Assembly: GCA_034530615.2 (NCBI GenBank) | Contig: JAVRCV020000056.1 | Coordinates: forward strand, 13,034-77,033 | Origin: Aulosira sp. ZfuVER01 | GTDB taxonomy: Bacteria; Cyanobacteriota; Cyanobacteriia; Cyanobacteriales; Nostocaceae | Direction: 5' to 3' | Length of the DNA stretch: 64,000 bases | Part shown: positions 50,655-61,873 of the stretch, one piece after another | Position numbering within the stretch: position 1 is the first letter of the stretch | Layout: every line of letters starts with the position of its first letter | Notes under the pieces: model-generated | Seen by the model: the letters and a program-made list of their open reading frames with translations, nothing else | Told to the model about the DNA's origin: nothing | Database searches by the model: none | Translations under genes and position numbers: made by a program

Positions 50655-51815
50655 TTAGTCTACGGTGGCGATTGTCTTTTCTTTGATCGGTTGGCTGGGG
50701 AATTCTTGGTTAGCTACAACTTCGCCAAAGGGACTCAGTAGTTGTGGTTCTACTGGTGGTTGATTCTGTAGTGGTAAACGAGGGAAGAGTAATTCTGCTA
50801 CTCGATAGGCTTCTTCTAGATGGGGATAACCAGAGAAGATAAAGGTGTCGATACCTAATTCTTGATATTCCAGCATTCTTTGAGCTACTGTATCAGGATC
50901 GCCTACTAAGGCAGTTCCGGCACCACCACGCACTAAGCCAATTCCTGCCCACAAATTTGGGCTAATTTCTAAGGCTTCCCGACTGCCGTTATGTAATGTT
51001 GTCATCCTACTTTGTCCTTCGGAATCCATGCGTGCGTAGGCTTGTTGGGCTTGAGCGATCGCGGAATCATCTACGTAGCGAATCAAATCGTTGGCTGCAT
51101 CCCAGGCTTTACTTTCAGTCTCTCGTACAATTACGTGTAAACGAATCCCAAAGCGCAATGTTCTACCTTGCGCTTCTGCTAGTCGGCGTACAGAGGCAAT
51201 TTTTTGAGCAACTTGTTCTGGTGTCTCTCCCCAAGTTAAATATACGTCTACGTGTTTAGCAGCAATTTCTTGAGCGATGGGGGAAGAACCGCCAAACCAC
51301 AGAGGTGGATGGGGTTTCTGGACTGTAGGAAATAACAGCTTACCACTTTGGATATTGAGATAATCTCCCTGGAAGTCGGCAGTTTTTCCGGCGGCTATCT
51401 GTCGCCACACTCCTAAAAATTCATCAGTTAATCTGTAGCGATCGTCATGGGAAAGATGCAATCCATCTCCCGCCAATTCTACCGGATCGCCCCCTGTGAC
51501 GACGTTAATTAACAATCTTCCACCAGAAATGCGATCGAAAGTTGCTGCCATTCTTGCTGCTACTCCCGGCGACATTAAACCCGGACGTATGGCCACCAAG
51601 AACTTCATCTGCTTGGTATGTGTTACCAAAGTTGATGCCAAAATCCACGCATCTTCACAAGAACGTCCTGTAGGTAGTAATGCCCCTGTAAAACCTAAAT
51701 GATCCACAGCTTGAGCAATTTGTCGCCAGTAATCAAAGTTGACTACGCGCCCACCTATGGCAGTACCAAGATAGCGCCCTTCACCGTGAGTCGGAATAAA
51801 CCAAAGTAGCTGCAT
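50655..51815 (-). CDS. ssuD: FMNH2-dependent alkanesulfonate monooxygenase
   Basis: [42 protein letters not shown]. Confidence 0.95.
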   Translation of the reverse strand: MQLLWFIPTHGEGRYLGTAIGGRVVNFDYWRQIAQAVDHLGFTGALLPTGRSCEDAWILASTLVTHTKQMKFLVAIRPGLMSPGVAARMAATFDRISGGRLLINVVTGGDPVELAGDGLHLSHDDRYRLTDEFLGVWRQIAAGKTADFQGDYLNIQSGKLLFPTVQKPHPPLWFGGSSPIAQEIAAKHVDVYLTWGETPEQVAQKIASVRRLAEAQGRTLRFGIRLHVIVRETESKAWDAANDLIRYVDDSAIAQAQQAYARMDSEGQSRMTTLHNGSREALEISPNLWAGIGLVRGGAGTALVGDPDTVAQRMLEYQELGIDTFIFSGYPHLEEAYRVAELLFPRLPLQNQPPVEPQLLSPFGEVVANQEFPSQPIKEKTIATVD

Positions 51816-52100
51816 GATATCTACGTCAGAGCAAGATTTCCGGGTTCTTCTATAATTTACGATAAATCTATCGAGTTACCGTATTACTTGGATTACTTTT
51901 AGACTATTGCACAGGTAGAGTGGGTAAATCAATACCTTTACAAAATTAAATCCGGTTACTCTATCAAATTTTAGTAGTTTACTGTTGCGGTTTGCTGCTG
52001 GGTGTGACATACTTATGGCACAAAGTACATTAATTCGACCGACTTGCCGTAGTTTAAAATCTGCCAGCACCTCTATAGATTTGGGTGTAAGAAATTAATC

Positions 52101-53348
52101 ATGCTTAAAGATGCACAAGGACTGATAGTTACAACAGATTCAGCCAAAGCGATCGCAGCTATTAACCGTTTCGTCGATCAAATGCTTGGTTATGGTAAAG
52201 ATGCAGAAACCGCAATTTTACAAGCTATTGCCGCAGATCCCACTTGTGCATTAGCTCATGCTTATGCCGCCGCCTATTACCTCACCCAAGAAAACAGCAA
52301 AGCTTGGCAGCAAGCTCAACCATATCTGCAAACAGCACAACAGAATTTAGCCAAGATTACGGAAAGAGAAAAGTTATATGTGCAAGCAATTTTAGCTTGG
52401 GCAAATCAAGAGATTGATTTAGCGATCGCTTTTCATGAAGAGATTACCAATCAGTTTCCCCACGATCTAATATCTGTGCAGCAAGGACAGTATCACTATT
52501 TTTACATGGGTGACAAAGAGAAATTACTGCAAATTGCCCAGAAAGTTTTACCTAGCAATCCCCAGCATCATTATTTATACGGTATGGTGGCGTTTGGTTT
52601 AGAACAATGTCACCAACTCAAAGCAGCAGAGAAAATGGCACGTCAGGCGATCGCCTTAAATAGATCCGATCCTTGGGCGCATCATGCAATTAGTCATATC
52701 ATGGAAACTCAGGGAAGAGTCGCTGAGGGAATAGCTTGGATGGAAAGTTTTGCAGACACCTGGGAAAACTGCAACTCCATGCTCTATACGCATAACTGGT
52801 GGCACATTGCCCTATATTATTTGAAGCAAGAAAACTACCAAAAAGTCCTGCGACTATACGATACGCACATTTGGGAACGCGCTAATAAACAATCTCCCAA
52901 AGACCAAGTAGGAGCTATTTCATTATTATTACGCCTAGAATTGCACGGTGTAGATGTGGGGAACCGTTGGCAAGAAATCAGTCCTTATCTTTACAGCCGG
53001 ATTGAAGAACACGCCTTACCATTTCAGGACTTGCATTATGTCTATGCCCTTACCAAAGCCGGACATGATGATTGGGTAAATCAGATGCTTATAAGTATGC
53101 AGTATCACACTTTGAGAATCAATCCTTTTTTGCGACAGCGTTGGATAGAGGTAGCAATTCCCGCAGCTAGAGGCATGGTAGCTCATGCCAAAGGAGATTT
53201 CCATACGACTGTTGCAGAACTCAAATTGGTTTTACCACGCTTGCATGAGATTGGTGGGAGTCATGCACAGCAAGTATTATTTGGGCAAGTTTATCAAGAT
53301 GCAGTGTTGTCGGCTCAAAAGCAGAGTTGGGTTTATGCCGTATCTTAA
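52101..53348 (+). CDS. TTC38-like tetratricopeptide-repeat protein
   Basis: AFGLEQC, DPWAHHA.SH..E, HNWWH.AL, IGGSHAQ. Confidence 0.85.
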   Translation: MLKDAQGLIVTTDSAKAIAAINRFVDQMLGYGKDAETAILQAIAADPTCALAHAYAAAYYLTQENSKAWQQAQPYLQTAQQNLAKITEREKLYVQAILAWANQEIDLAIAFHEEITNQFPHDLISVQQGQYHYFYMGDKEKLLQIAQKVLPSNPQHHYLYGMVAFGLEQCHQLKAAEKMARQAIALNRSDPWAHHAISHIMETQGRVAEGIAWMESFADTWENCNSMLYTHNWWHIALYYLKQENYQKVLRLYDTHIWERANKQSPKDQVGAISLLLRLELHGVDVGNRWQEISPYLYSRIEEHALPFQDLHYVYALTKAGHDDWVNQMLISMQYHTLRINPFLRQRWIEVAIPAARGMVAHAKGDFHTTVAELKLVLPRLHEIGGSHAQQVLFGQVYQDAVLSAQKQSWVYAVS

Positions 53349-53407
53349 GCGCCACGGACACTTGTTAAAAGTGTCCTCTTCTGCGTGAACTTTTCTTTTA
53401 TTTCTTA

Positions 53408-54205
53408 CTAACAACAGGCTACGCCTACGCTATACATCTGATTTAATAAGTAATAATCTTTTAATTCCACTGCGGCAAAACGCCTGACTCCAAATTGTTT
53501 CATCACTCTTTTTAACTCTGCATCTGGTTGGAGTAACGCTAACTGCATTTGCTGAATTAAAGATACACCCAAATGCTGTGCTACTACCAACGGTGGCATA
53601 GGAGAAGGCCCTAGCACCTCCACCACACGCAAATGCTGTGATAACTCGGGAAAATCCTTTAATTCTTGTTCTAAAACTACACTATCAATCGCTGCACAAT
53701 CTGCCAATCCCTCAACTACCCAGCGAATTGAACGCTGATGAGAGCCTGATTGTAGCGTTTTGCCAAAGAAATTTTTCGGAGATGTTTCTTGAGTTACTCT
53801 ATGACAGAGTAAATTGTAACCACTATTAGAACCAGGGTCGTTATAGCAAAATGTTTTCCCTGATAAATCTGCAAATTTTTGGATATTACTATTAGCATTG
53901 ACAATAACATCTGCATAGTAAATAGGATGGTTGCCATACCTTGATAATTGCATCACAGGGGCAACCAATGTCTGCAATTGATTTAAGACTATTTGACTAT
54001 AGCGAATTAGTGGTAATCCACAAATAAAAGCTAGGTCTATCTGGTCTTGAAATAATAGAGGGTCTTCTAAAGGGTCGCATTCACCTTGCTGTAGTTGAAA
54101 TTCTACTTTGAAAACACGACCTAAATAGTTGGCGATCGCTTGATAGAATTCAAACCAATGGGGAGCCAGATAAGATATAACCCGCAACCTTTTATATATA
54201 CTCAT
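53408..54205 (-). CDS. PhnD/SsuA-type substrate-binding-fold protein
   Basis: DLAFICGLP, SNSGYN, SGSHQRS, ADCAAIDS; ATG 54205 overlaps upstream stop. Confidence 0.82.
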   Translation of the reverse strand: MSIYKRLRVISYLAPHWFEFYQAIANYLGRVFKVEFQLQQGECDPLEDPLLFQDQIDLAFICGLPLIRYSQIVLNQLQTLVAPVMQLSRYGNHPIYYADVIVNANSNIQKFADLSGKTFCYNDPGSNSGYNLLCHRVTQETSPKNFFGKTLQSGSHQRSIRWVVEGLADCAAIDSVVLEQELKDFPELSQHLRVVEVLGPSPMPPLVVAQHLGVSLIQQMQLALLQPDAELKRVMKQFGVRRFAAVELKDYYLLNQMYSVGVACC

Positions 54206-54453
54206 TTTTGCTCTATAACAGTGCGATTCGGGAACACTTGAGTTAACTTTTTCCCAGACCAATGGATATATAAAAATACGAGGCTGGAAAAGGTCAACAA
54301 CATAATACCGAAAACTGTCGTGTACGCTTTAGTATGCCACCACAGCCGCTTTATTAAAGCTGTGCTGATTTGTGATATCTTCCCCCAGAAATAACGATCT
54401 ACTGGTTGACTGACTTGGATGTCTTCGACATTAATATCTTGAGCTAATGCCAT
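54202..54453 (-). CDS. Small membrane protein
   Basis: One hydrophobic helix; ATGA overlap with the next gene; operator at 54480 just upstream. Confidence 0.6.
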   Translation of the reverse strand: MALAQDINVEDIQVSQPVDRYFWGKISQISTALIKRLWWHTKAYTTVFGIMLLTFSSLVFLYIHWSGKKLTQVFPNRTVIEQK

Positions 54454-54647
54454 TTCTACTTTTACCTTCTATCTTAAATTACGATAAACCTACTGACTTA
54501 CTGTAGATTATAATTCATTTTATCTTATTTCGTCAAAAACAAAAGCAGCCAGAAGGCGATAAACTGCAAAGCAGCATAAATTTAGAACCCCAGATTATTG
54601 AAAAACTGGGGTTCTGCAATCCTAAATTACTCTTTCAATTAACTATC

Positions 54648-54809
54648 TCAAAATGGACGACTACCTGCTAAACTGATCCGTTTCATGACTCGGCGTTGAT
54701 TGGGGTCAAATGCTTGACGATAATGCAAAGTAGCTTGGTTATCCCAATAGACAATATCCCCTACAGACCATTTGTGTTGATAATAAAACTGAGGTTGATG
54801 TAAATGCGA
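54648..54809 (-). pseudogene. C-terminal remnant of a TauD/TfdA-family dioxygenase
   Basis: HLHQPQFYYQHKWSVGDIVYWDNQATLHYRQAFDPNQRRVMKRISLAGSRPF*; begins at a HIP1 site. Confidence 0.8.
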
Positions 54810-54919
54810 TCGCATTTTGCCTAAATTAACCCATCTTTTAAAAATTCAAGAAGAAATAAGGTGGAATAACCCACCTTCAACAGCAGAATTCGAGGTTTAC
54901 TGTGGCTGCAACTTTAAAC

Positions 54920-56107
54920 TCAAGAATATTGTGTAACTAGAGGTAATTCTTCATTCAGTACCCAATTCCCAATGTCACGCAATTTATAATCTACAGGGTC
55001 ATGGAGAGTGAAAGTACGCAAATCTCGCCAGTAACGGTCAAAGCCGTATTTATTTCCTGTAGAACGAGTTCCCATAACTTCAAAAATACCTGTGGTAATA
55101 TCCAAACCAACACGGGTAGCAAAAGCCTTGGCTGCAAAAACAGAAATTGCTACTTCTCCCCTTTCTTCAACTGTTAGGTTAAATTCTTTTTCCCATGCTT
55201 GTTGCACTTGGATAGCAGCTTTGTCAGCTAAACTAATTGCTGCTTGCAATTGAGTCCATAAGTTTCCATAGTGATGCAAAATATAAGGGTCTTGAGTAGC
55301 ACTATCTACACCAGATGTAATCCAAGGTTTTGTTTGAGTAATTGTGTATTGTTTGGCAGATGCTAATGCTCCTTCAGCAATTCCTAAATAAATATAGGTT
55401 TTAGTCAGTTGAGCGATGATTCCCAAAAATGTACTAAAAGCACCATGAGGAGGATGAGGATATCCCAAAATTTCATCTTTTTTCACCAAAACATCGTAAA
55501 AAGTGAATGTATCGCTATCTGTGCGTCTTTGCCCAATATTGTCCCAATCTTGGTTAGAAGCGATACCAGCCCTATCTTTGGGAATTACGAATACTAAGGG
55601 TATTTCTACACCCTCTTGAATGGCAGAGAAAACACGGAAATCTGCAATGGCGACACCTGTACCAAAACTTTTGATACCATGAACCCGAAAATCGTCACCC
55701 TCTGGGGTAATTTTCAGCCTGCTATCTCTAGTGTTGATGGCATTTGCCCAAAATAAATTTTTCTCGGCAGTCTCCCGATAATATCTTTCTTTTTGCTCTG
55801 GTGTTCCCGAAACATGAGCCAAGGTAGTCAAATTCAGATGGTTGCCATACAACTGTCCAATGGAACCGTCTGCTTTTGAGAGTTCTTGGACTATTTTTAA
55901 AGCTTCTGCCCAAGTTGCACCTATACCACCATACTCTTTTGGTACAACCAAAGAGAGTAAACCAGTTTCTCTCAGCCTTTGGATTTCTACATCTGGTAGC
56001 CCTGCTTTGTTATCCCTTTCAACTGCGGTGGCTGCCAATTCCGTAGATAAAGAAGTAGCAACATTAATCCAGTATTTGGATTCTGCTTTAACTAATAGTT
56101 GCACCAT
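54920..56107 (-). CDS. Acyl-CoA dehydrogenase-fold organosulfur monooxygenase (DszC/SfnB-like)
   Basis: ADGSIGQL, DWDNIGQRRTDS, DRYWRDLRTFTLHDPVDYK. Confidence 0.88.
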   Translation of the reverse strand: MVQLLVKAESKYWINVATSLSTELAATAVERDNKAGLPDVEIQRLRETGLLSLVVPKEYGGIGATWAEALKIVQELSKADGSIGQLYGNHLNLTTLAHVSGTPEQKERYYRETAEKNLFWANAINTRDSRLKITPEGDDFRVHGIKSFGTGVAIADFRVFSAIQEGVEIPLVFVIPKDRAGIASNQDWDNIGQRRTDSDTFTFYDVLVKKDEILGYPHPPHGAFSTFLGIIAQLTKTYIYLGIAEGALASAKQYTITQTKPWITSGVDSATQDPYILHHYGNLWTQLQAAISLADKAAIQVQQAWEKEFNLTVEERGEVAISVFAAKAFATRVGLDITTGIFEVMGTRSTGNKYGFDRYWRDLRTFTLHDPVDYKLRDIGNWVLNEELPLVTQYS

Positions 56108-56916
56108 TATCTATGATTCTCCTGCCGATGAGTATGGATGAGGAAATAGGAATTGGGCAACAACTTGGTGTTCATATCAGTTGCGGCACGATGAGGCATA
56201 GTTCCCCCAACTCCCAAGATTCAATCCTTAGTTTTGCTGATTTTAAATATGCACTAGTCTCACGCACAGAGAAATTACGTTGCGGAGCTATTATCCAGGG
56301 TTTGTACACAATAATCACCTGGCTGTTAACAAGCAAAATTAATTTCGCTGCTTAACGGCATCTACTATAAATCGATAGTTTTATAGTAGATTGTTTAGGG
56401 TTATATTAGCCTCGCATAGTTCCCTGCAAAAGGCAAGTATTTTTTGTCAAAGCGAGCGCTGGATGCAATATTCCTTAATAAAGTTATAGAACTATGACAT
56501 TAGACGATTATAAGAAAATATACTCATTGATTTTTTTAAATTAATTCCAGGCTTAATCACAGATATAGCTGGAAGCCTTACTAGATAAAAATTTCACACA
56601 TATATAGATTAAGCAATGAAAATAGCGTTATCTCTTAACTATTTTTCTATGGAGTAATACATCAACCAGACTGATCAAAAGTTGAATTTGTGATTCCAAA
56701 CGGCAACAGAAGCGTCTTAACTCTCAATTGATAAGGATTTTAGCAGTTAGATATTTAGCAAATATTCAAAACAGTTTAATTGACACACATATAGATGGGT
56801 TTACTGTGTTTACAATTGCCAAAGATTTAGAAACTATTGATTTCCCAAAATTAAAGTTTTAAGTTGATAGTTAAGCCAGCTACATCATCAACTGCAAAAA
56901 CCAGGAGACTATTTCT

Positions 56917-57324
56917 ATGATGACTACTGAATCTATACTCATCGAAATGGAAGCTTGTAAGGAAGTCTGCATCGAATGTCAAACTACTTGCATTGATACT
57001 CTCAAGTACTGCAAGAGTCAAGGTGGTAGATACATAGATATGGCGATGATGTCTATGATGCGGGACTGTGCAGAAATGTGCATGATGTGCGTCAACATGA
57101 TTAATGACGGCTCTGAATTTATGGGAAACACCTGTAGTTTGTGTGCCCAAATTTGCGATCGCACCGCAATGGCTTGTGAACAAATGAGCAACGATGCCAC
57201 AATGATGCTGTGTGCCGCTATTTGCCGCAAGTGCGCTGAGTCTTGCAACAAAATGGGACTCAATTCTGCTTCTTATTTCCGTAGATCGAGTGAATTGGCA
57301 GTAGATGCGCTACTGTCTAAGTAA
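56917..57324 (+). CDS. Cys-rich four-helix-bundle copper storage protein (Csp3/DUF326-like)
   Basis: Repeated CxxxCxxC motifs; Met-rich. Confidence 0.85.
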   Translation: MMTTESILIEMEACKEVCIECQTTCIDTLKYCKSQGGRYIDMAMMSMMRDCAEMCMMCVNMINDGSEFMGNTCSLCAQICDRTAMACEQMSNDATMMLCAAICRKCAESCNKMGLNSASYFRRSSELAVDALLSK

Positions 57325-57410
57325 TTTACTGACTCGATTGAGTTTCCTAATTCATCACAGATAAGTCCTTCTAGTTAAATCCATATCTTGCCCTACTATT
57401 TTTAGTTGTT

Positions 57411-57438
57411 CGCCACCCAGAGAGTTTTTTGGGTGGCG
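57411..57438. terminator. Bidirectional hairpin between convergent genes
   Basis: CGCCACCCA...TGGGTGGCG. Confidence 0.6.
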
Positions 57439-57457
57439 ATAAAATTATTAACCGACG

Positions 57458-58123
57458 CTAGGCAGCAACAGGAGTAGTAAATCTAGCATATCGCTCTATG
57501 TAGAATTCCTTACTGTTAGCGATCGCTACTACAGAATCACGTTGTTTTAAAGCTTTTTTCCACTGACGTAGACGAGTAAATTCCTCTGGTAGCCCAAAGC
57601 CTCGATAGTGTTTCAATGCAGGTAAGCGCTCAAACCAGGGATAAAAGGTAAAATCAACCAAACTGACAGATTCACCAAACCAGTAGGGGCCGTTTCCTGA
57701 TAACTTCCCTAGTCCTTCATTTTCGATGAATTCCAGATGTTTGTATAGTTCTTGTTTAGCTGCTTCTTGCTGTTGGATTTCCGGACTGCGCAAGAGAGTA
57801 GAAAAAGCCGGTACAAATCGAGTATTAGCAAAATCAATCCAGATGCGAGCCTGTGCTTTAGCGATGGGACTGCTAGGCAAAAGAGGCGGATTTGGGAATA
57901 CCTCATTCAGATATTCGTTAATTACTGCCGATTCCCAAACTCTCTGCTCGCCATGTACAAGTGCAGGCACTTTTCCATAGGGAGAAATATTTGTAAATCC
58001 CTCCGGCTTATTCTGCAAATCAATCTCAATCAAATCAAACTCGATGCCTTTTTCTTGCAATACCAAGCGCGAACGATGAGCATAAGGACAAACGACTGCA
58101 CTATATATCTTAATTTCAGCCAT
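57458..58123 (-). CDS. Glutathione S-transferase (omega-like)
   Basis: CPYAHR, GKVP, WESAVINEYL. Confidence 0.92.
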   Translation of the reverse strand: MAEIKIYSAVVCPYAHRSRLVLQEKGIEFDLIEIDLQNKPEGFTNISPYGKVPALVHGEQRVWESAVINEYLNEVFPNPPLLPSSPIAKAQARIWIDFANTRFVPAFSTLLRSPEIQQQEAAKQELYKHLEFIENEGLGKLSGNGPYWFGESVSLVDFTFYPWFERLPALKHYRGFGLPEEFTRLRQWKKALKQRDSVVAIANSKEFYIERYARFTTPVAA

Positions 58124-58291
58124 CTTGATGTTCCTCTATAAATAGGATTATTTGTCATTCTTGAATATGAGAATTGAAAATTAAACATTCAATCTCTCAA
58201 ACTCTTATTCTCTGCGCCTCTGCGTCTCTGCGTGAGAAAAAATCCCCCCACTAATCAGCAACGCCAATTAATTTATAATCCTCTTGCTTTC

Positions 58292-59413
58292 TTACAGCCA
58301 AGGTACTTCTTCAGGTGCATAACGAAAGGCGCGGAAGACTGAATTTTGCTCCCCACGAGCCACTGCTGACTTCTCTCCCAAATTCCTTACCGCAAAGTGG
58401 GGATTAACATATTCCCAAACAATCTCTCCTGTAACTGTCACCTCAAATATCCGCCCGAAAGCACCTTCTGTAATTAAAGTGTTGCCATTCCCTAGACGCT
58501 GTGCGCCTGAGATATACGAACTGAAGAAATTTTGCGGTGGTTTGTCAGTGTACTCCCAAACTATTTCTTTAGTTTGACGGCTGACTTCAATTACACGAGA
58601 GAAATTCAGCGCCGTGTGACGACGATGTGCGCCATTGTCGAAAATTAGGATATTGCCGTTAGCTAATTCGTTAGGAAAATGTTGCTGTGCTAATACATCG
58701 TCTGTGAGTGTCCAGATAATATCTCCTGTTTTGCGATCGATAATTGCGACGGTAGAGATGTTGCGGAAGCTGACTACAATATTGCCATCAACGAGTTCGC
58801 CTACAGTATTGCCATGCGTCCATTCATGCCGTTGATCCTGGGGAGTGATAGTAAAAATATCTGGATCTAGATGTTCGTAGGCGTGCCAAGTCCAGACAAT
58901 TTCACCCCCAGGAGTAACTTCATAAAGCACATCCCCATAGATATCTCCGTCTGCTTCCGTTCCTGGTACACCACCTTTAATGTGGGGAATTAAAGACTGA
59001 GGTATCTTTTCCAGAGCTAACAGAATAGTGTTACCGTTGCGTAATCTGCGTCCGTCGTGATGGTGGTCTGGATGCTTATATTCCCAGATAATATTGCCCT
59101 TGGGATCTACCTCTAAGACGACACCACCTTTAAAAGCCGCCCATAAAGGAAACCGTGGAGGAACCTCTGGAGTTTTACCGTTATAAAAGAGGTTGCCATT
59201 GGGTAAGAGATAACCATATAAACCTGGTGAATACGGTAGATTCCATTGATGTTCCACTTCTCCTTCTAGGTTTAGAAGATAGACTTCTCCATTACCTGTA
59301 AGTGGGGTAAAAAGTGTATAACCCTTGAATACTTTGTCAGGATTATAAGCTCTTAAACCAGTACCACGGCGACGAATAGTATTTTGGTCTACTGATGCTG
59401 TTGCAATCGTCAT
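58292..59413 (-). CDS. Arylsulfotransferase (ASST)-like beta-propeller
   Basis: HHHD, WTHGN, QQH, IFDNG, SGAQRL.NGNTLITEG. Confidence 0.85.
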   Translation of the reverse strand: MTIATASVDQNTIRRRGTGLRAYNPDKVFKGYTLFTPLTGNGEVYLLNLEGEVEHQWNLPYSPGLYGYLLPNGNLFYNGKTPEVPPRFPLWAAFKGGVVLEVDPKGNIIWEYKHPDHHHDGRRLRNGNTILLALEKIPQSLIPHIKGGVPGTEADGDIYGDVLYEVTPGGEIVWTWHAYEHLDPDIFTITPQDQRHEWTHGNTVGELVDGNIVVSFRNISTVAIIDRKTGDIIWTLTDDVLAQQHFPNELANGNILIFDNGAHRRHTALNFSRVIEVSRQTKEIVWEYTDKPPQNFFSSYISGAQRLGNGNTLITEGAFGRIFEVTVTGEIVWEYVNPHFAVRNLGEKSAVARGEQNSVFRAFRYAPEEVPWL

Positions 59414-59537
59414 AATTTTAAGTGGATATAAGGACTAGAAACTGTTTCAAACCCAAAATTTGCATTGCTTTGTTGCGCTGCGCTTAACCCAACCTACTTT
59501 TTATCACTCAAAACTTAGCACTCAGCACTCAGCACTT

Positions 59538-60575
59538 TTATGGTGCTGGATTTGGATATTGAGTATGAACGGCATCCAATTCTGCCAAAATATCTTTATC
59601 GAGAACTACATTAATACTGTCTATATTTTCTTTGAGTTGTTCTAGTGTGGTAGCACCAATAATCGTACTAGCAACAAACCAACGACTCCGCACAAATGCT
59701 ATAGCTAATTGTGCAGGACTTAATTGATGGCGTTGAGCTATTTCTACATAAGCTGTGACAGCTTCCTTCACATTTGGTTTTAAATAACGCTGACCAAAGT
59801 TTTCAAACAAAGTTACTCTGGTTTTCTCTGGTTTACCGCTGAGGTATTTACCAGTTAAATAACCAAATCCTAAAGGACTATACGCTAATAAAGGAATATT
59901 TTCGTAATAAACTGTCTCTGCAAGTGCGCCATCAAAAACTCGATTGAGTAAGTTATAAGCATTTTGTATGGAAACAACTTTAGGCAATCCTAATTGTTTT
60001 GCTGCTTGACTAAATTGGACAATGCCCCAAGGTGTTTCATTACTTAAGCCGATATAGCGAATTTTACCTGCTTTGATAACATCAGCAAAAACTTCTAGTT
60101 GTTCAACGATGGGAACTGTTTCCTTTTCTTGAGTGGGGTCAAACACTGTTTGTCCAAAACGAGGGACATAGCGATCGGGCCAATGGATTTGATATAAATC
60201 AATATAGTCTGTCTGTAATCTTTTAAGGCTATCATCTATCGCTTGTTTGATATTATCTCGGTCAATTCCTTCAGCACCACCACGTAACCATTTAAAAGCA
60301 CGACCAGGCCCCGCAATTTTAGTAGCAATTATTAATTTATCTCGCTGTTGATGTTTTAACCATTCTCCAATATAAGTTTCGGTTAAACCATAGGTTTCTC
60401 CACTGGGTGGTACAGGGTACATTTCAGCCGCATCTATAAAATTAATTCCTTGATTAATTGCATAATCTAGTTGCTGATGCGCTTCTTCTATAGTATTTTG
60501 TCGCCCATAGGTCATTGTGCCGAGGCAAATTTCAGAAACTTTGAGGTCACTATCGCCTAGTTGGTTATATTGCAT
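59538..60575 (-). CDS. Aldo/keto reductase (Tas-like)
   Basis: CLGTMTYG, DAAEMYPVP, YQIHWPDR, IGLSNET. Confidence 0.92.
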   Translation of the reverse strand: MQYNQLGDSDLKVSEICLGTMTYGRQNTIEEAHQQLDYAINQGINFIDAAEMYPVPPSGETYGLTETYIGEWLKHQQRDKLIIATKIAGPGRAFKWLRGGAEGIDRDNIKQAIDDSLKRLQTDYIDLYQIHWPDRYVPRFGQTVFDPTQEKETVPIVEQLEVFADVIKAGKIRYIGLSNETPWGIVQFSQAAKQLGLPKVVSIQNAYNLLNRVFDGALAETVYYENIPLLAYSPLGFGYLTGKYLSGKPEKTRVTLFENFGQRYLKPNVKEAVTAYVEIAQRHQLSPAQLAIAFVRSRWFVASTIIGATTLEQLKENIDSINVVLDKDILAELDAVHTQYPNPAP

Positions 60576-60865
60576 AGTTTCGGGATAATTTTACTATTGA
60601 ATTGACAAGTTTTATTGCTCGGTTGGTGTTGCTCAATAATTACTGCTTATGCTATGAAATATTTTTCCTTTTGAGAACCCATGAGACTTATTTAGATGAT
60701 ACTACGGTAAGTTTATCAAATTACTTTTATTTATAATAAAATTTACAAGATTTTTCAAAAATACTTATTTGAATACTTGACAAATATCAGCGATCGCCAT
60801 AATCAAAACCTTGACTTCGATATAATTTGAGTGATTGCTATATCTACAATTAGGAGAATACAAAC

Positions 60866-61870
60866 ATGAATATCTTACAAGTTCCTATCATCGATATTAG
60901 TGGGTTAATTTCTCAAAATAAAATCTCTACTGATGTAATTGCAGACCAAATCAGACAAGCGTGCCGAGATTACGGATTCTTCTATATTGTTGGACATGGA
61001 GTTGATGAACAACTACAACAGAAGCTAGAACATCTTAGTCAACAGTTCTTCGCGCAAAATGTAGAAACTAAACTAAAAATTCGTATGGCTCTTGGTGGTA
61101 GAGTATGGCGAGGATATTTCCCTGTAGGTAACGAGTTAACATCAGGTAGGCCAGACTTAAAAGAAGGTATTTATTTTGGTGCAGAACTAGCAGAAAATCA
61201 CCCACTTGTGAAAGCTGGTACACCAATGCACGGTCGCAATCTCTTTCCCTCGAATATTCCCCAATTTAGGGAAACGGTTCTTGAATATATAGAGTCAATG
61301 ACTAGACTCGGACATATTCTTATGGCTGGTATTGCTCTGAGTCTAGGTTTAGAAAAGTCCTACTTTGCAGACCGTTATACAAAAGACCCATTGATATTAT
61401 TTCGGATTTTCAATTACCCTCCTAATTCATCATCGCAATCTGCATGGGGTGTTGGCGAACATACAGATTATGGAGTATTAACTATTCTCAAGCAAGATAA
61501 AGTCGGCGGATTGCAAGTCAAATCAAAGTCTGGTTGGATAGATGCACCTCCTATTCCTGGTTCCTTTGTTTGCAACATTGGCGATATGCTCGATCGCATG
61601 ACTCAAGGACTGTATTGCTCAACACCCCACCGCGTTCAAAACCTATCAGCAACTAATCGCCTATCATTTCCCTTCTTCTTTGACCCTAATTTCAACGTTG
61701 AAGTCAAACCCATTGAACTGAATGACACAGTAGTGAACGATAACAAAGACGAACGATGGGATAAAGCCAGTGTTCACGAATTTCGTGGGACATACGGCGA
61801 TTATCTCTTAAATAAAGTCTCCAAAGTCTTTCCAGAACTACGCCAAACAGTGCTTGAGAGTGCTGAGTAA
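60866..61870 (+). CDS. 2-oxoglutarate/Fe(II) oxygenase (isopenicillin N synthase family)
   Basis: HTDYG, NIGDML, STPHRV, RLSFPFF. Confidence 0.92.
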   Translation: MNILQVPIIDISGLISQNKISTDVIADQIRQACRDYGFFYIVGHGVDEQLQQKLEHLSQQFFAQNVETKLKIRMALGGRVWRGYFPVGNELTSGRPDLKEGIYFGAELAENHPLVKAGTPMHGRNLFPSNIPQFRETVLEYIESMTRLGHILMAGIALSLGLEKSYFADRYTKDPLILFRIFNYPPNSSSQSAWGVGEHTDYGVLTILKQDKVGGLQVKSKSGWIDAPPIPGSFVCNIGDMLDRMTQGLYCSTPHRVQNLSATNRLSFPFFFDPNFNVEVKPIELNDTVVNDNKDERWDKASVHEFRGTYGDYLLNKVSKVFPELRQTVLESAE

Positions 61871-61873
61871 AAG

